Assembly (NCBI GenBank): GCA_963793425.1 | Contig: CAWCAG010000002.1 | Location: 1-62,298, forward strand | Origin: an uncultured cyanobacterium | GTDB lineage: Bacteria > Cyanobacteriota > Cyanobacteriia > Cyanobacteriales > CAWCAG01 | DNA length: 62,298 bases | Direction: 5' to 3' | Translations under genes and position numbers: made by a program | In this document: positions 1 through 9,006 of the stretch, one piece after another | How positions within the stretch are numbered: position 1 is the first letter of the stretch | How the letters are laid out: every line of letters begins with the position of its first letter | The notes under the pieces: generated by a model | What the model was told of the DNA's origin: nothing | Database searches by the model: none | What the model saw: the letters and a program-made list of their open reading frames with translations, nothing else

Positions 1-594
1 TTAGTTTTTCCCATAGGGAAAAGGCATATGCGTCGCTTGAAAACGACGTTGAAATAAGTTTCCATTCTGTTAGTTTTTCCGTTATGGAAAAGACGGAAAA
101 TCGAAGTTGAGGTTACTGGGGATAATAAAGTTTCCATTCTGTTAGTTTTTCCGTTATGGAAAAGGACGGCACATATTGCTACAGTTGCGTTTGCGACGAC
201 GCAGTTTCCATTCTGTTAGTTTTTCCGTTATGGAAAAGAGGTGCGAAAGCTGCGGGTCTTCGAAGGCTCCAATGCGTTTCCATTCTGTTAGTTTTTCCGT
301 TATGGAAAAGTGTCTGAGGCTGTATTTGGTGAAGATGACAGTATCATGTTTCCATTCTGTTAGTTTTTCCGTTATGGAAAAGCAGCAAGAGGCAGAATCT
401 CGCTACAAAGCAGAGTGTTTCCATTCTGTTAGTTTTTCCGTTATGGAAAAGCACGCAACAGCAAGAAAAAAACCTTCAAGTCGGGTTGTTTCCATTCTGT
501 TAGTTTTTCCGTTATGGAAAAGTCGACGCTCCTGAAAGCGTTGAGGAGGTGGAAGTATTGTTTCCATTCTGTTAGTTTTTCCGTTATGGAAAAG
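1..594 (-). CRISPR. CRISPR array 1 (runs off the window start): 8 full 35-nt repeats + 1 partial, 8 spacers
   Basis: + strand repeat GTTTCCATTCTGTTAGTTTTTCCGTTATGGAAAAG at 58,130,204,276,348,417,488,560; partial variant (...CCCATAGGGAAAAG) at 1-23; leader on the right and GAAAC 3' end give minus-strand orientation. Confidence 0.98.
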
Positions 595-800
595 GCTGCC
601 CTCTGAAACCCTTACCCTGACTGCGCTCCTCAGCGAATTTTCGTGGGATAGCTTTTTAGGGTCAAATAGTTGACACAGATTCTCAATAACGAGAAACTTC
701 ACCCACCTCAACCCCTTACTGGGAGAGTCATTCGCGGGATAGCACGAAAGAATGCGGGTTTCAGCGTTTTACAACTTCCCACGAAAGAGGAAGTTATAAC
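595..800 (-). promoter_or_regulatory. CRISPR leader, copy 1
   Basis: Abuts repeat at 560-594; near-identical copies follow arrays 2 and 3; motifs TTCGTGGGA 640, TTCGCGGGA 731, inverted TCCCACGAA 777. Confidence 0.9.
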
Positions 801-1059
801 GAGCTTTGACTATTATAACTCAATTCATAAACTTCAAGCAACCTCTCATCAGCAAAACTGCTTAATTAAGAGCAAATTTAAGCAAAATTTATAAACAATA
901 CAAACCAAAATTACTTTAATTCCTTGCCAGATAAGCGCTACAGCCATTACTCAACCAAATTGACCCCATCATCAAGAAAGTTCTCTCCCTAACCTGAAGC
1001 TAAGGAAAGAACTTTCCCAGAGTCACATCGTTACTTAGAGTAACTTTGTTTTCTTGTAT

Positions 1060-1095
1060 GTTTCCATTCTGTTAGGTTTCCTAGTAATAGGAAAC
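1060..1095 (-). repeat. Solitary divergent CRISPR repeat
   Basis: GTTTCCATTCTGTTAG identical to array repeat, then a different perfect stem GTTTCCTA-GTAA-TAGGAAAC. Confidence 0.85.
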
Positions 1096-1126
1096 ATTTA
1101 TAGAATAATGAAAAGAAAAAAGGAAA

Positions 1127-1153
1127 GAAATATCATCTTGCTATTGATATTTC
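1127..1153 (-). terminator. Probable intrinsic terminator of the RT-cas1/cas2 operon
   Basis: 9-bp inverted repeat GAAATATCA/TGATATTTC followed by a T-rich tract on the minus strand, just after the stop at 1168. Confidence 0.55.
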
Positions 1154-1167
1154 CAGCAAACCATGTA

Positions 1168-1482
1168 TCACTCCTTGGGCTTTTTATCTTTACAAAGTTG
1201 TCCCCACAAATCTTCAGGAATCTCTTCAAAATGCTCTAATAAAAAATTCATTACAGCTAAATGACGTAAATCATTGGCAGTAGGGCGACGATAATAACGT
1301 CCCTGGCGAAACCAACCTTGCACAGTAGAACGAGAGCGGTTACAGATTTCAGCCATTTGTTCGTACTTAACACCCCACTTAAAGTAAAACTTTTGAGGAG
1401 TCATGCCCAACTCACAGTAACTATAGAGACTGATTAGCTCCAACTCTCTGTCGCCAATCCTACGACTCTCACTCATCTTCAA
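1168..1482 (-). CDS. Small helix-turn-helix protein (Xre/Cro-like)
   Basis: YEQMAEICNRSRSTVQGWF HTH pattern; overlaps upstream gene; similar to ORF 37236-37529. Confidence 0.75.
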   Translation of the reverse strand: MKMSESRRIGDRELELISLYSYCELGMTPQKFYFKWGVKYEQMAEICNRSRSTVQGWFRQGRYYRRPTANDLRHLAVMNFLLEHFEEIPEDLWGQLCKDKKPKE

Positions 1483-2005
1483 ACCTCTCTAAATCGTACT
1501 CCCAAGCCGTATCTACTAAACACCAACGGGAAGAAAGGGAGTCAGGGTCTAGGAGGATTAGATAGCACCACATCCACCTTCCCGACTCCGGGGCATAGCC
1601 ATAGAAGCGCCCAATAACCATGCCCCAATCTGTTAACTCTGGTTCTTCCAAAGGAGTCCAACGAACAATGGAACCGAAAGGAAACTGAGGAGGAGTAGCA
1701 TCAAGGAAAAAAGCTGGTGCATCAGAGGGAAGAGGTAACTGTTGGGCGTGTTGTAGAAACTGGGAAACCACTTCTCCTTGCCCATCGCGAATACTATGGC
1801 CATAAACTCGGAAACATTCAGGATGGACGGAAACGGTAAGATGCTTAATCAACAAAGTAGCTAAAGTTTCTAAATCTTTAACATCAGATGGATGAGAGTT
1901 AATCGTTGCTAGTTTTTGCAATAACTCAATGATGCCAAAATCATTCAAGGCTTTGTAGTAGCCCGGAGGTTGTTGAGTTAGATATTTGTGTTGATAGTTG
2001 AACAT
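1469..2005 (-). CDS. Hypothetical protein with C-terminal beta-rich (SH3/KOW-like) region
   Basis: 178-aa ORF co-oriented with cas2; FPFGSIVRW...WGMVIGRFY...WCYLILLD strand pattern. Confidence 0.65.
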   Translation of the reverse strand: MFNYQHKYLTQQPPGYYKALNDFGIIELLQKLATINSHPSDVKDLETLATLLIKHLTVSVHPECFRVYGHSIRDGQGEVVSQFLQHAQQLPLPSDAPAFFLDATPPQFPFGSIVRWTPLEEPELTDWGMVIGRFYGYAPESGRWMWCYLILLDPDSLSSRWCLVDTAWEYDLERFEDE

Positions 2006-2074
2006 AGTTTTTCTGTGTAAGGATTGGCTTCGGTAGGTTGGGTTGAGGTAACGAAACCCAACACCTTAATTGGC

Positions 2075-2338
2075 TTAATGATTGCTGAGAAAGAGGATTA
2101 GAATGGTTGCTTTCTCGGCATAGTCCCAATAGAAGCGGAGAAACATTGAAGCTGAAGAACCCCAAACCTTCCTATCTTTAAGTCGGTAATAGTGGGTTCG
2201 CAAACTTCTGTACTGAGGCCCCTGAATTGCTAACAGTTGAAAAGCTTTGTAATATTGCTTTTGCCAACTAGGAGCAAGGGTTTTGAGTTGTTTCTTCGCT
2301 TTGAGACTAAAAAGTAAAGAAAATTGTGGTGAAGACAC
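2075..2338 (-). CDS. RelE/HigB-fold toxin-like small basic protein
   Basis: 87 aa; FSLKAKKQLKTL helix, P-x-Y-x-SLRTH, LRFYWDY and ILILFLSNH strands resemble the RelE/ParE superfamily layout. Confidence 0.6.
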   Translation of the reverse strand: MSSPQFSLLFSLKAKKQLKTLAPSWQKQYYKAFQLLAIQGPQYRSLRTHYYRLKDRKVWGSSASMFLRFYWDYAEKATILILFLSNH

Positions 2339-2393
2339 AGGTAAAAAGTGGTAAACTAGGGGCGCTAAACGCCCCTAAGAGTTGAGCGAAAAT

Positions 2394-2672
2394 TCAAATT
2401 ACAAAAGCTGGGTCATCAACAGAAAACTCTGGCTGCAAACCTAAGATGAGAACTTGCTTACGGGTACGCTCTGTCAGAGGATAAAACCGCAGTTGGTCTT
2501 CTTCTTCGTTAATCAGTTTCTGCAACCTTCTTTGTAACTTAAGATATTCAGCTTCCTCTGCCATGACTTCAAAAACTGATTTTTGTACCCTCAAGCCATA
2601 AGCTTCCAGCAATTTGGCTACCTTATTGCGACGGCTGTCTTGCACAATGTCGTAGCAAACTAGATAAAGCAT
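2394..2672 (-). CDS. cas2: CRISPR-associated endoribonuclease Cas2
   Basis: YLVCYDI...RVQKSVFE...EEDQLRFYPL motifs; follows cas1. Confidence 0.97.
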   Translation of the reverse strand: MLYLVCYDIVQDSRRNKVAKLLEAYGLRVQKSVFEVMAEEAEYLKLQRRLQKLINEEEDQLRFYPLTERTRKQVLILGLQPEFSVDDPAFVI

Positions 2673-2723
2673 AGTAGGTAATAGGTTTTAGTTTTGTCTT
2701 CTCCCCAGCTCCCTAACGCCCAA

Positions 2724-4733
2724 TCACTTCTCCCAAAGCATAGGACGATAGTAGTCTGCATCTCCCATTAAGCAAGTAACGTACTCCCTTACTTGCAACT
2801 CTAAGCAGCGACGCAGGGTAACTTTGTAACCTGTGTAGGGATGGGTCATTTCACTACGGAGTTTTTCTTCCCAATGTTTGAGGAACTTCTTGAGGGCATC
2901 AGGCAGGAGATAAACACCACCTCGTTCGTCTTGAGGAGTGAAATCTTCAGGAGTGAAGATTTTCTTATTCACCAGGTAAGCCACTTGGGAATCTACAACT
3001 TGAGCGCGAAACTCTTCCATTAAGTCAGAAACTAAGGCAGGATGGTTATCACGGGGGACGTGGAGGCTACCAAAATGGGTATGTAAACCTACAGTTTCAA
3101 TAAAAGAGTGAACAATCTGACTAAGGAGGGTGTAGCCTAAACTGAGTAAGCTATTTACTGGGTCAGTGGGTGGACGTTTGCTACGATGCTCAAAGGTAAA
3201 ACTAGAGTTAAACAGAGAACCCAGTCCCCGGAAATAAAGCTTTGCAGCATTACCTTCATAGCCTCGTAAGGAATCTAAAGATTCTGCTAGGGGTAAGTTA
3301 TCAATAATTTGGGCAATTTCATTGATGGCAATAGTTGCACATTCACTCCTACGACGACGGTTTAAACGCATAAGCAGAACACGGGAGTTATGTAACTTCG
3401 CCCTAACAATAGTTTCTGCTTGTTGACGGGTAAATTCTGGGTCTTCAGCACACCTAGTTTGCTGTGCCAAGTAAGCCACCTTGGCCTGTCCTTCTGTTTC
3501 CAAACGACCGAAGTAACGACCCCTTTGGGAAAGATACAGGACAGGGATGCGCCGGGATAAAGCTAGTTTGATTGCGCCGTGGGTAATGTGGCAACAACCA
3601 AAGAGAATAATCTGACTAACCCGGTTGACGGGGACTTGACAACGTAACTCACCGTGGAAAAAGATCCGGAATTGGTAGTTTTGCGCCCTTAACAGGGAAC
3701 CTTGTTCGATTAGATAAAGAGTAGTCATTTCTTCTGCAAAGTAGTATTTAGGGTTAATAAGAGTTGGTACAGAAGCCTGTTTCTGTAAGTTGCAAACCTT
3801 GGGAGGACGGGAGAGAAAGGAATGAATGTAAATAGGTCGGGGTTTGCGGGGTACACCAGAGGGATCTAGGATTAACTTTCCTTTGCTAGGAAGTCGGGGG
3901 GGTGGTGCAAACACCTTGCCTTGGCGAAATTGGTAGCCAAGAAAGGTAAACTCTTCTTCTGGGGAGAAGATGCGGGTTTTCTCTGGTTGGAGGTTGAGGA
4001 AAATCTTTCTTAGCCAAGTAGCTAGTAAGCTTAAGGTATATTTAGCTTCTTCTAGGCTCGAACAAGCTACGACAAAGTCATCACCGTAGCGAACAAACTT
4101 GATGCCATTACTAAGGCAACTATGGTCAAATTCGTTCAGATACAAGTTAGCTAAAGCACCGGAAAGGATTGAACCTTGCAAAACCCCTTTTTTAGGGTAG
4201 AGACGGCGACCTTGGATAACGATGCCTGACTTGAGTTGTTGCCCAATCAGTTGTAGAATAACTTCCTCAGTTTCCATCTGCTCCAACGCAGCTAGTAGTA
4301 GAGCTTGGCAGATACTATCAAAGAAGTTAGCAATGTCAGATTTAATCACCCAACAAGGCCAGCTTTGGTAGTAGAAGTAGAAGTGTTTGACGGCTATCTG
4401 AATACCACGGTTAGGACGATAGGCATAGCTACAATCGGCAAATTGTTCTTCTAAGGAGAGATAAATTTCTTCTAGCAGCCACCTTTGGACTATGCGGTCT
4501 TTAACTGTGGGTATTCCTAGTAAGCGTTTACCACCATTGCGTTTGGGAAGATAGAATCCTCTAGCTGGGCTAGGAAAATAGGTTTCTTCTCCTAACTGTT
4601 GTTGCAGGGTCTTGAGTTGCTCTGTGGCAACCCCTGCAAACAGGTCTGTAGTGATGCCATCAATTCCTGGGCTACGACTTCCTTTGCGAACCAAGTTCCA
4701 AGCGTATTTAAGTTCAGGAAATGTTAGTTGCAT
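2724..4733 (-). CDS. cas1: Reverse transcriptase-Cas1 fusion
   Basis: N-terminal group II intron-type RT (PGIDG, RLLGIPTVKDRIVQ, GVLQGS, RYGDD) fused to full Cas1 (MTTLYL, LRGYEG, RPPTDPVNSLLSLGY, SDLMEEFR). Confidence 0.97.
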   Translation of the reverse strand: MQLTFPELKYAWNLVRKGSRSPGIDGITTDLFAGVATEQLKTLQQQLGEETYFPSPARGFYLPKRNGGKRLLGIPTVKDRIVQRWLLEEIYLSLEEQFADCSYAYRPNRGIQIAVKHFYFYYQSWPCWVIKSDIANFFDSICQALLLAALEQMETEEVILQLIGQQLKSGIVIQGRRLYPKKGVLQGSILSGALANLYLNEFDHSCLSNGIKFVRYGDDFVVACSSLEEAKYTLSLLATWLRKIFLNLQPEKTRIFSPEEEFTFLGYQFRQGKVFAPPPRLPSKGKLILDPSGVPRKPRPIYIHSFLSRPPKVCNLQKQASVPTLINPKYYFAEEMTTLYLIEQGSLLRAQNYQFRIFFHGELRCQVPVNRVSQIILFGCCHITHGAIKLALSRRIPVLYLSQRGRYFGRLETEGQAKVAYLAQQTRCAEDPEFTRQQAETIVRAKLHNSRVLLMRLNRRRRSECATIAINEIAQIIDNLPLAESLDSLRGYEGNAAKLYFRGLGSLFNSSFTFEHRSKRPPTDPVNSLLSLGYTLLSQIVHSFIETVGLHTHFGSLHVPRDNHPALVSDLMEEFRAQVVDSQVAYLVNKKIFTPEDFTPQDERGGVYLLPDALKKFLKHWEEKLRSEMTHPYTGYKVTLRRCLELQVREYVTCLMGDADYYRPMLWEK

Positions 4734-5043
4734 GGATTAGATTAATAATCGGTTATCAGTTTTCTCGTTTATTTACGTTCGTCTCCTTGCTTATTCGTTT
4801 GTGATTCCTATCTTTGCAAGGGGTTATCGGAGTCCATGTCTGAGTTAGAAAAAAGTCTGCCTGAGTTCGTGACTGAGTTGGTTTTAGTGAGGAGATTTGG
4901 TAGTTGATTCTATGAGAAAAGACTTACAGGGATTACTTCATAGCAAATTAGTTCATCTAGGTTGAGTTTTCAGCTATGCTTAAGATTAAGCTTCCAACTT
5001 CACTCGTTTTCGTGAACTATGAGAGCAAACAAAGGCAGGAGTA

Positions 5044-5457
5044 ATGGCCAAAGATTTATTTCATGATGTTGTCAAAGAAGCTCTGATTGCAGAAAAATGG
5101 CAAGTAACCCACGACCCTTTTCCCGTGGATTATGGCGACGTACAAATGCAAATAGATTTGGGTGCTGAATACCTCTTAGCTGCGGAACTCAATGCAACCA
5201 AAATTGCTGTAGAGATAAAAAGCTTTACTAAACCTTCAGCTATTTCTGAGTTTCATACTGCGGTTGGACAATATCTCAATTACCGTAGGGCTTTGCGTTC
5301 CCAAGAACCAGATAGAACTCTTTATTTAGCAGTACCTAGCCAAACCTATGATGAATTTTTTCGCCTGAGATTTATTGAGGAAGGGGTAGAGGAATACCAG
5401 CTTTATCTGCTTGTTTACAACACGAAAACCAGGAGGATTGAGAAATGGATAAAGTAG
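5044..5457 (+). CDS. xisH: XisH family protein
   Basis: AKDLFH...WQVTHDPF...IDLGAE...IAVEIKSF...FHTAVGQYLNY. Confidence 0.95.
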   Translation: MAKDLFHDVVKEALIAEKWQVTHDPFPVDYGDVQMQIDLGAEYLLAAELNATKIAVEIKSFTKPSAISEFHTAVGQYLNYRRALRSQEPDRTLYLAVPSQTYDEFFRLRFIEEGVEEYQLYLLVYNTKTRRIEKWIK

Positions 5458-5780
5458 TTCAGTATCGGCAGATTGTCCGAGAAATACTTTTTGCTCATAG
5501 TCAAGTTAAGCCAGTTTATGGTGATATTGAGATGGGAGTTTTGTTTGATGAGAAGCGTGACCGTTACCAAGTTGTACGAAGCGGTTGGTTAAAAGAAAGG
5601 CGCGTTTATGGGGCATTAATTCATATTGATATTAAAGGTGAGAAAATCTGGATTCAATACGATGGTACGGAAGTTGGTGTTGCTAACGAGTTAACGGAAA
5701 AGGGAATTCCTAAAGAAGATATTGTCCTGGCTTACCATTCTCCTTTTATGCGGCAATATAATGGTTTTGCTGTTAAATGA
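5445..5780 (+). CDS. xisI: XisI family protein
   Basis: MDKVVQYRQIV...IHIDIKGEKIWIQYDGTE...GIPKEDIVLAYH; overlaps xisH. Confidence 0.95.
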   Translation: MDKVVQYRQIVREILFAHSQVKPVYGDIEMGVLFDEKRDRYQVVRSGWLKERRVYGALIHIDIKGEKIWIQYDGTEVGVANELTEKGIPKEDIVLAYHSPFMRQYNGFAVK

Positions 5781-5786
5781 AACTAA

Positions 5787-6098
5787 TCACAGCTTAATGG
5801 CTTCCCGGAGTATATTTTCAGCAATCAGAGGACTTAAACCCTTAGTTGTGGTAATGTCTACCTTATTTTTCAAAAAAGATTCTAATTCGTTGATCAGTCC
5901 TCCCGGAAACCATGCACTCGTTCGCTTCCGGCCATAATCTATTAAAAAGTCAATGTCACTTTTATCAGTAGCTTCGCCCCGCGCTACAGAGCCAAATATC
6001 CAAACACTATAAACTCCATGTTTAGCAAAAATACCAATTAACTTATTTCGGTCATTTCGTAGGTCTTCAATAGTTCTGACTGTTGTCGACGAACTCAT
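5787..6098 (-). CDS. Minimal nucleotidyltransferase (MNT antitoxin family), no adjacent HEPN partner
   Basis: IFGSVARGEATDKSDIDFLID GS-x-DxD motif, 103 aa. Confidence 0.9.
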   Translation of the reverse strand: MSSSTTVRTIEDLRNDRNKLIGIFAKHGVYSVWIFGSVARGEATDKSDIDFLIDYGRKRTSAWFPGGLINELESFLKNKVDITTTKGLSPLIAENILREAIKL

Positions 6099-6296
6099 GT
6101 TTACTCCTTTTTTGCTACTGAGGAAGCTAGCTTCGGGGATAAAGTTTGTTTGATTGATTAGGGTTATAGCCTAAAGCTAATATGAGAAATTTTTGCTTTT
6201 TTATGTTCTCTGAACAAGGCTACTTTGAGAGGGTATTAGAGTGTTTTTTGCTGTTTTTTAATAAAAAAGACACATGATTAAATGTGCCTTCTATAG

Positions 6297-6778
6297 GTTT
6301 CCATTCTGTTAGTTTTTCCCAGAGGGAAAAGACTTTTCATCTCTCCGACTTTCGCAATGAATTACGTTTCCATTCTGTTAGTTTTTCCCAAAGGGAAAAG
6401 CGGCGGTGTTGATGCTGAGACTGGAGAACGTTTTATAGTTTCCATTCTGTTAGTTTTTCCCAAAGGGAAAAGCCGCGCAACAGCAAGAAAAAAACCTTCA
6501 AGTCGGGGGTTTCCATTCTGTTAAAAATCCCATTCTGTTAGTTTTTCCCAAAGGGAAAAGCTGTAAGGCGAAGATCCTAAGCGGTCATATGACGAAGTTT
6601 CAAGTTTCCATTCTGTTAGTTTTTCCCAAAGGGAAAAGACTTGGAAGAATCATACTTTTAAAAGAAAAAGTAAAGTTTCCATTCTGTTAGTTTTTCCCAA
6701 AGGGAAAAGCAGCCATTGGCTCAGGCAAGGTTACAAGCAAAAAGTTTCCATTCTGTTAGTTTTTCCCAAAGGGAAAAG
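6297..6778 (-). CRISPR. CRISPR array 2: 7 repeats, 6 spacers
   Basis: Repeats at 6297 (CCCAGAGGG loop), 6366, 6438, 6509 (17-nt internal insertion), 6604, 6675, 6744 (CCCAAAGGG loop). Confidence 0.98.
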
Positions 6779-6984
6779 GCTGCCCTCTGAAACCCTTACC
6801 CTGACTGCGCTCCTCAGCGAATTTTCGTGGGATAGCAAATTAGGGTCAAATAGTTGACACAGTTTCTCAATAACGAGAGAACTGACCCACCTCAACCCCT
6901 TACAGGGAGAGTCATTCGCGGGATAGCACGAAAGAATGAGGGTTTCAGCGTTTTACAACTTCCCACGAAAGAGAAAGTTATAAC
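6779..6984 (-). promoter_or_regulatory. CRISPR leader, copy 2
   Basis: Near-identical to 595-800. Confidence 0.9.
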
Positions 6985-7324
6985 AGGCTATAGCTAGTAT
7001 AGCTAAATTTATAAGCTTAAAACAACCTCTCATCACCAAATTTGCTTCATTAAAGTCAAATTTACTTCTAGCAATTTAGCTCTAAAATGCTTAAATCACC
7101 GTCAGATAAACATTTCAGCCCCTTGATCTCTAGAATAATGGTTAACTATCCAATTTCCGACTCAAATTTAACATCTAAAGTCAAATTTGAATGTTGGGTC
7201 GTGGCAACTTCGAGCTAGACTTTCTACTAAGATATTCTTGAGCATAACCAAACCTACCTTTTAATGAGGAAAGTTAGTTCCCTAGCTAATAGCTAACAGC
7301 TAAGTTTTGGATTCATACATCAAA

Positions 7325-8821
7325 TTAACAACGACCAACTAACAATCTTTGTAACTCTAAAAATACTTCTACTAAATCAGGATTAGCTTCTTGAGCAAGA
7401 GCTAAACCTACTTCACAAGCATTCAAAGCTAATTCCCTTTCACCTTTATCTTTATATAAAGTAGCTAAATTACAAAAACTAAAAACCTGCCCTTTCAAAT
7501 CTCCTTGCTTCTCTTGAATCAGCAAAGCTGCCAACAAACTTCTCTCTGCCGCTTTATATTCTTCCAAATTCAAATACGCATAACCTAAATAAGATAAAGC
7601 AGAAGCTACACTCTCCCAATCCTTAATCTCCTTAGCAACTTTTACCCGTTTTCTTTCCCAAATAATTGCTTCGGCTACCCTATCTGAAGCATCACAGGCA
7701 TAACTTAGCCCTTTGAGAGCATCCCGTTTACCGATGTTGTCCTGGGAAACTTCAGCCACCTCTAAACGCTGCTCAAAATAGAAGATTGCTTCTTGGTAAT
7801 TTTCTAAAACATTGTGGGCATTCCCTAAACCTCGCAAACATTCCCCTTCAATGTTGCGATCGCCAATTTCCCTAGCAATCTCCAAACCTTTCTGATGATA
7901 ACCAATAGCTTCTACAGATTTTTCCTCATCTTCATAAATATCCCCTAAAAACTGCATCGCTCTAGCAATAGTTTCGCGATCGCTAATTGACTCAGCTACC
8001 TCTAAAGCCTGCTGACACCATTCCCAGGCTTTTTGAGCATAATCCTTTTCCTCTGTCTTCTCCCTCAAAGCTTTGTAAACACTGGTCAATACTAAAGCTG
8101 CTCTCCCTTGAAAAGAAAGCAAATTATGCTCTTTAGCAAGCTCAAAACTTTGCTTACCATAACTCTTAGCCTGGGCATACTTTTGCAGAGATACAAAAAC
8201 ACTCCCCAAACTACCCAACAAAGCAGCTTGCCCTTGCACATCCTTTAATTCCTGAGCAATTTTCAACCCCTTTTCAAAATAGTTAGCTGCCTGGGAAAAG
8301 TTACCTTCTGTTTGAGCAATATTCCCTAAGCCAACTAAAGCTATCCATTCACCAGCAGAATCACTAATTTTCCTAGCTAAACGTAAATGTTGTTGATGAT
8401 ATTCAGAAGCACGAGTGCGATTACCGATAATATCGTAGAAATTCCCTAAACCGTTGAGACAAGTAGTGTCACAGTCAGCATTAACCTTGTGCAGCAAACT
8501 ATGATAAATCTCTGCTTGTTCGGGGTAGTAACCCCAAATACCTAACAGATGGTGCAACTCTTCATCCATCTGAGAATCTGGGTTTATTACTAACACCTGC
8601 AAAGCTCGATGCCAATCAGGAATATCCCGAAGATGCTCAAAAGCCCTCAAATGGCGATGGGCTTTTTCCAAGTTAGAAGCACTTTCAGAGGGCAAATCTT
8701 CTAAAGTCAAAAAATAAACCACTGCACTATAGGCAGCCAACTCGTCTAAAGGAACAGTATCTATATCAATCTTGAGACTATCGAAAAGCTGCTGACTTTG
8801 CTCCAGAGAAAAACCATCCAT
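7325..8821 (-). CDS. Tetratricopeptide repeat protein
   Basis: Repeated ~40-aa TPR units (LGNI...G...A..Y....L.IA.EI.D); N-terminus resembles the post-NB-ARC helical region of cyanobacterial STAND-TPR proteins. Confidence 0.9.
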   Translation of the reverse strand: MDGFSLEQSQQLFDSLKIDIDTVPLDELAAYSAVVYFLTLEDLPSESASNLEKAHRHLRAFEHLRDIPDWHRALQVLVINPDSQMDEELHHLLGIWGYYPEQAEIYHSLLHKVNADCDTTCLNGLGNFYDIIGNRTRASEYHQQHLRLARKISDSAGEWIALVGLGNIAQTEGNFSQAANYFEKGLKIAQELKDVQGQAALLGSLGSVFVSLQKYAQAKSYGKQSFELAKEHNLLSFQGRAALVLTSVYKALREKTEEKDYAQKAWEWCQQALEVAESISDRETIARAMQFLGDIYEDEEKSVEAIGYHQKGLEIAREIGDRNIEGECLRGLGNAHNVLENYQEAIFYFEQRLEVAEVSQDNIGKRDALKGLSYACDASDRVAEAIIWERKRVKVAKEIKDWESVASALSYLGYAYLNLEEYKAAERSLLAALLIQEKQGDLKGQVFSFCNLATLYKDKGERELALNACEVGLALAQEANPDLVEVFLELQRLLVGRC

Positions 8822-9006
8822 AGTTTTGAGTCGGGTACTTACAGTCTATTTTAGAGAATTTGGCAGCTAGGGAGAGCAAGTAATAATACAACCTACTGGT
8901 TTGTCAGGATTGAATTTGGGTATAGCTTAACTATCAAGTGTACTACCCTTTACCCCTTAACCTTTACCCCTTAACCTTTACCCGTCAATTGAAAATTGAC
9001 AGACTA

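Noticed and set aside
176..894. ORFs 176-535, 403-711, 670-894 (also 12467-12649)
   Set aside because: Translations of CRISPR repeats and leaders
1054..1239. 61-aa hydrophobic ORF over the solitary repeat
   Set aside because: TTG start, overlaps the repeat, terminator and HTH gene on the opposite strand; probably spurious
2724..4733. RT as group II intron, retron or DGR
   Set aside because: Fused in frame to Cas1 and followed by cas2; no maturase domain, intron ends or template/variable repeat pair seen
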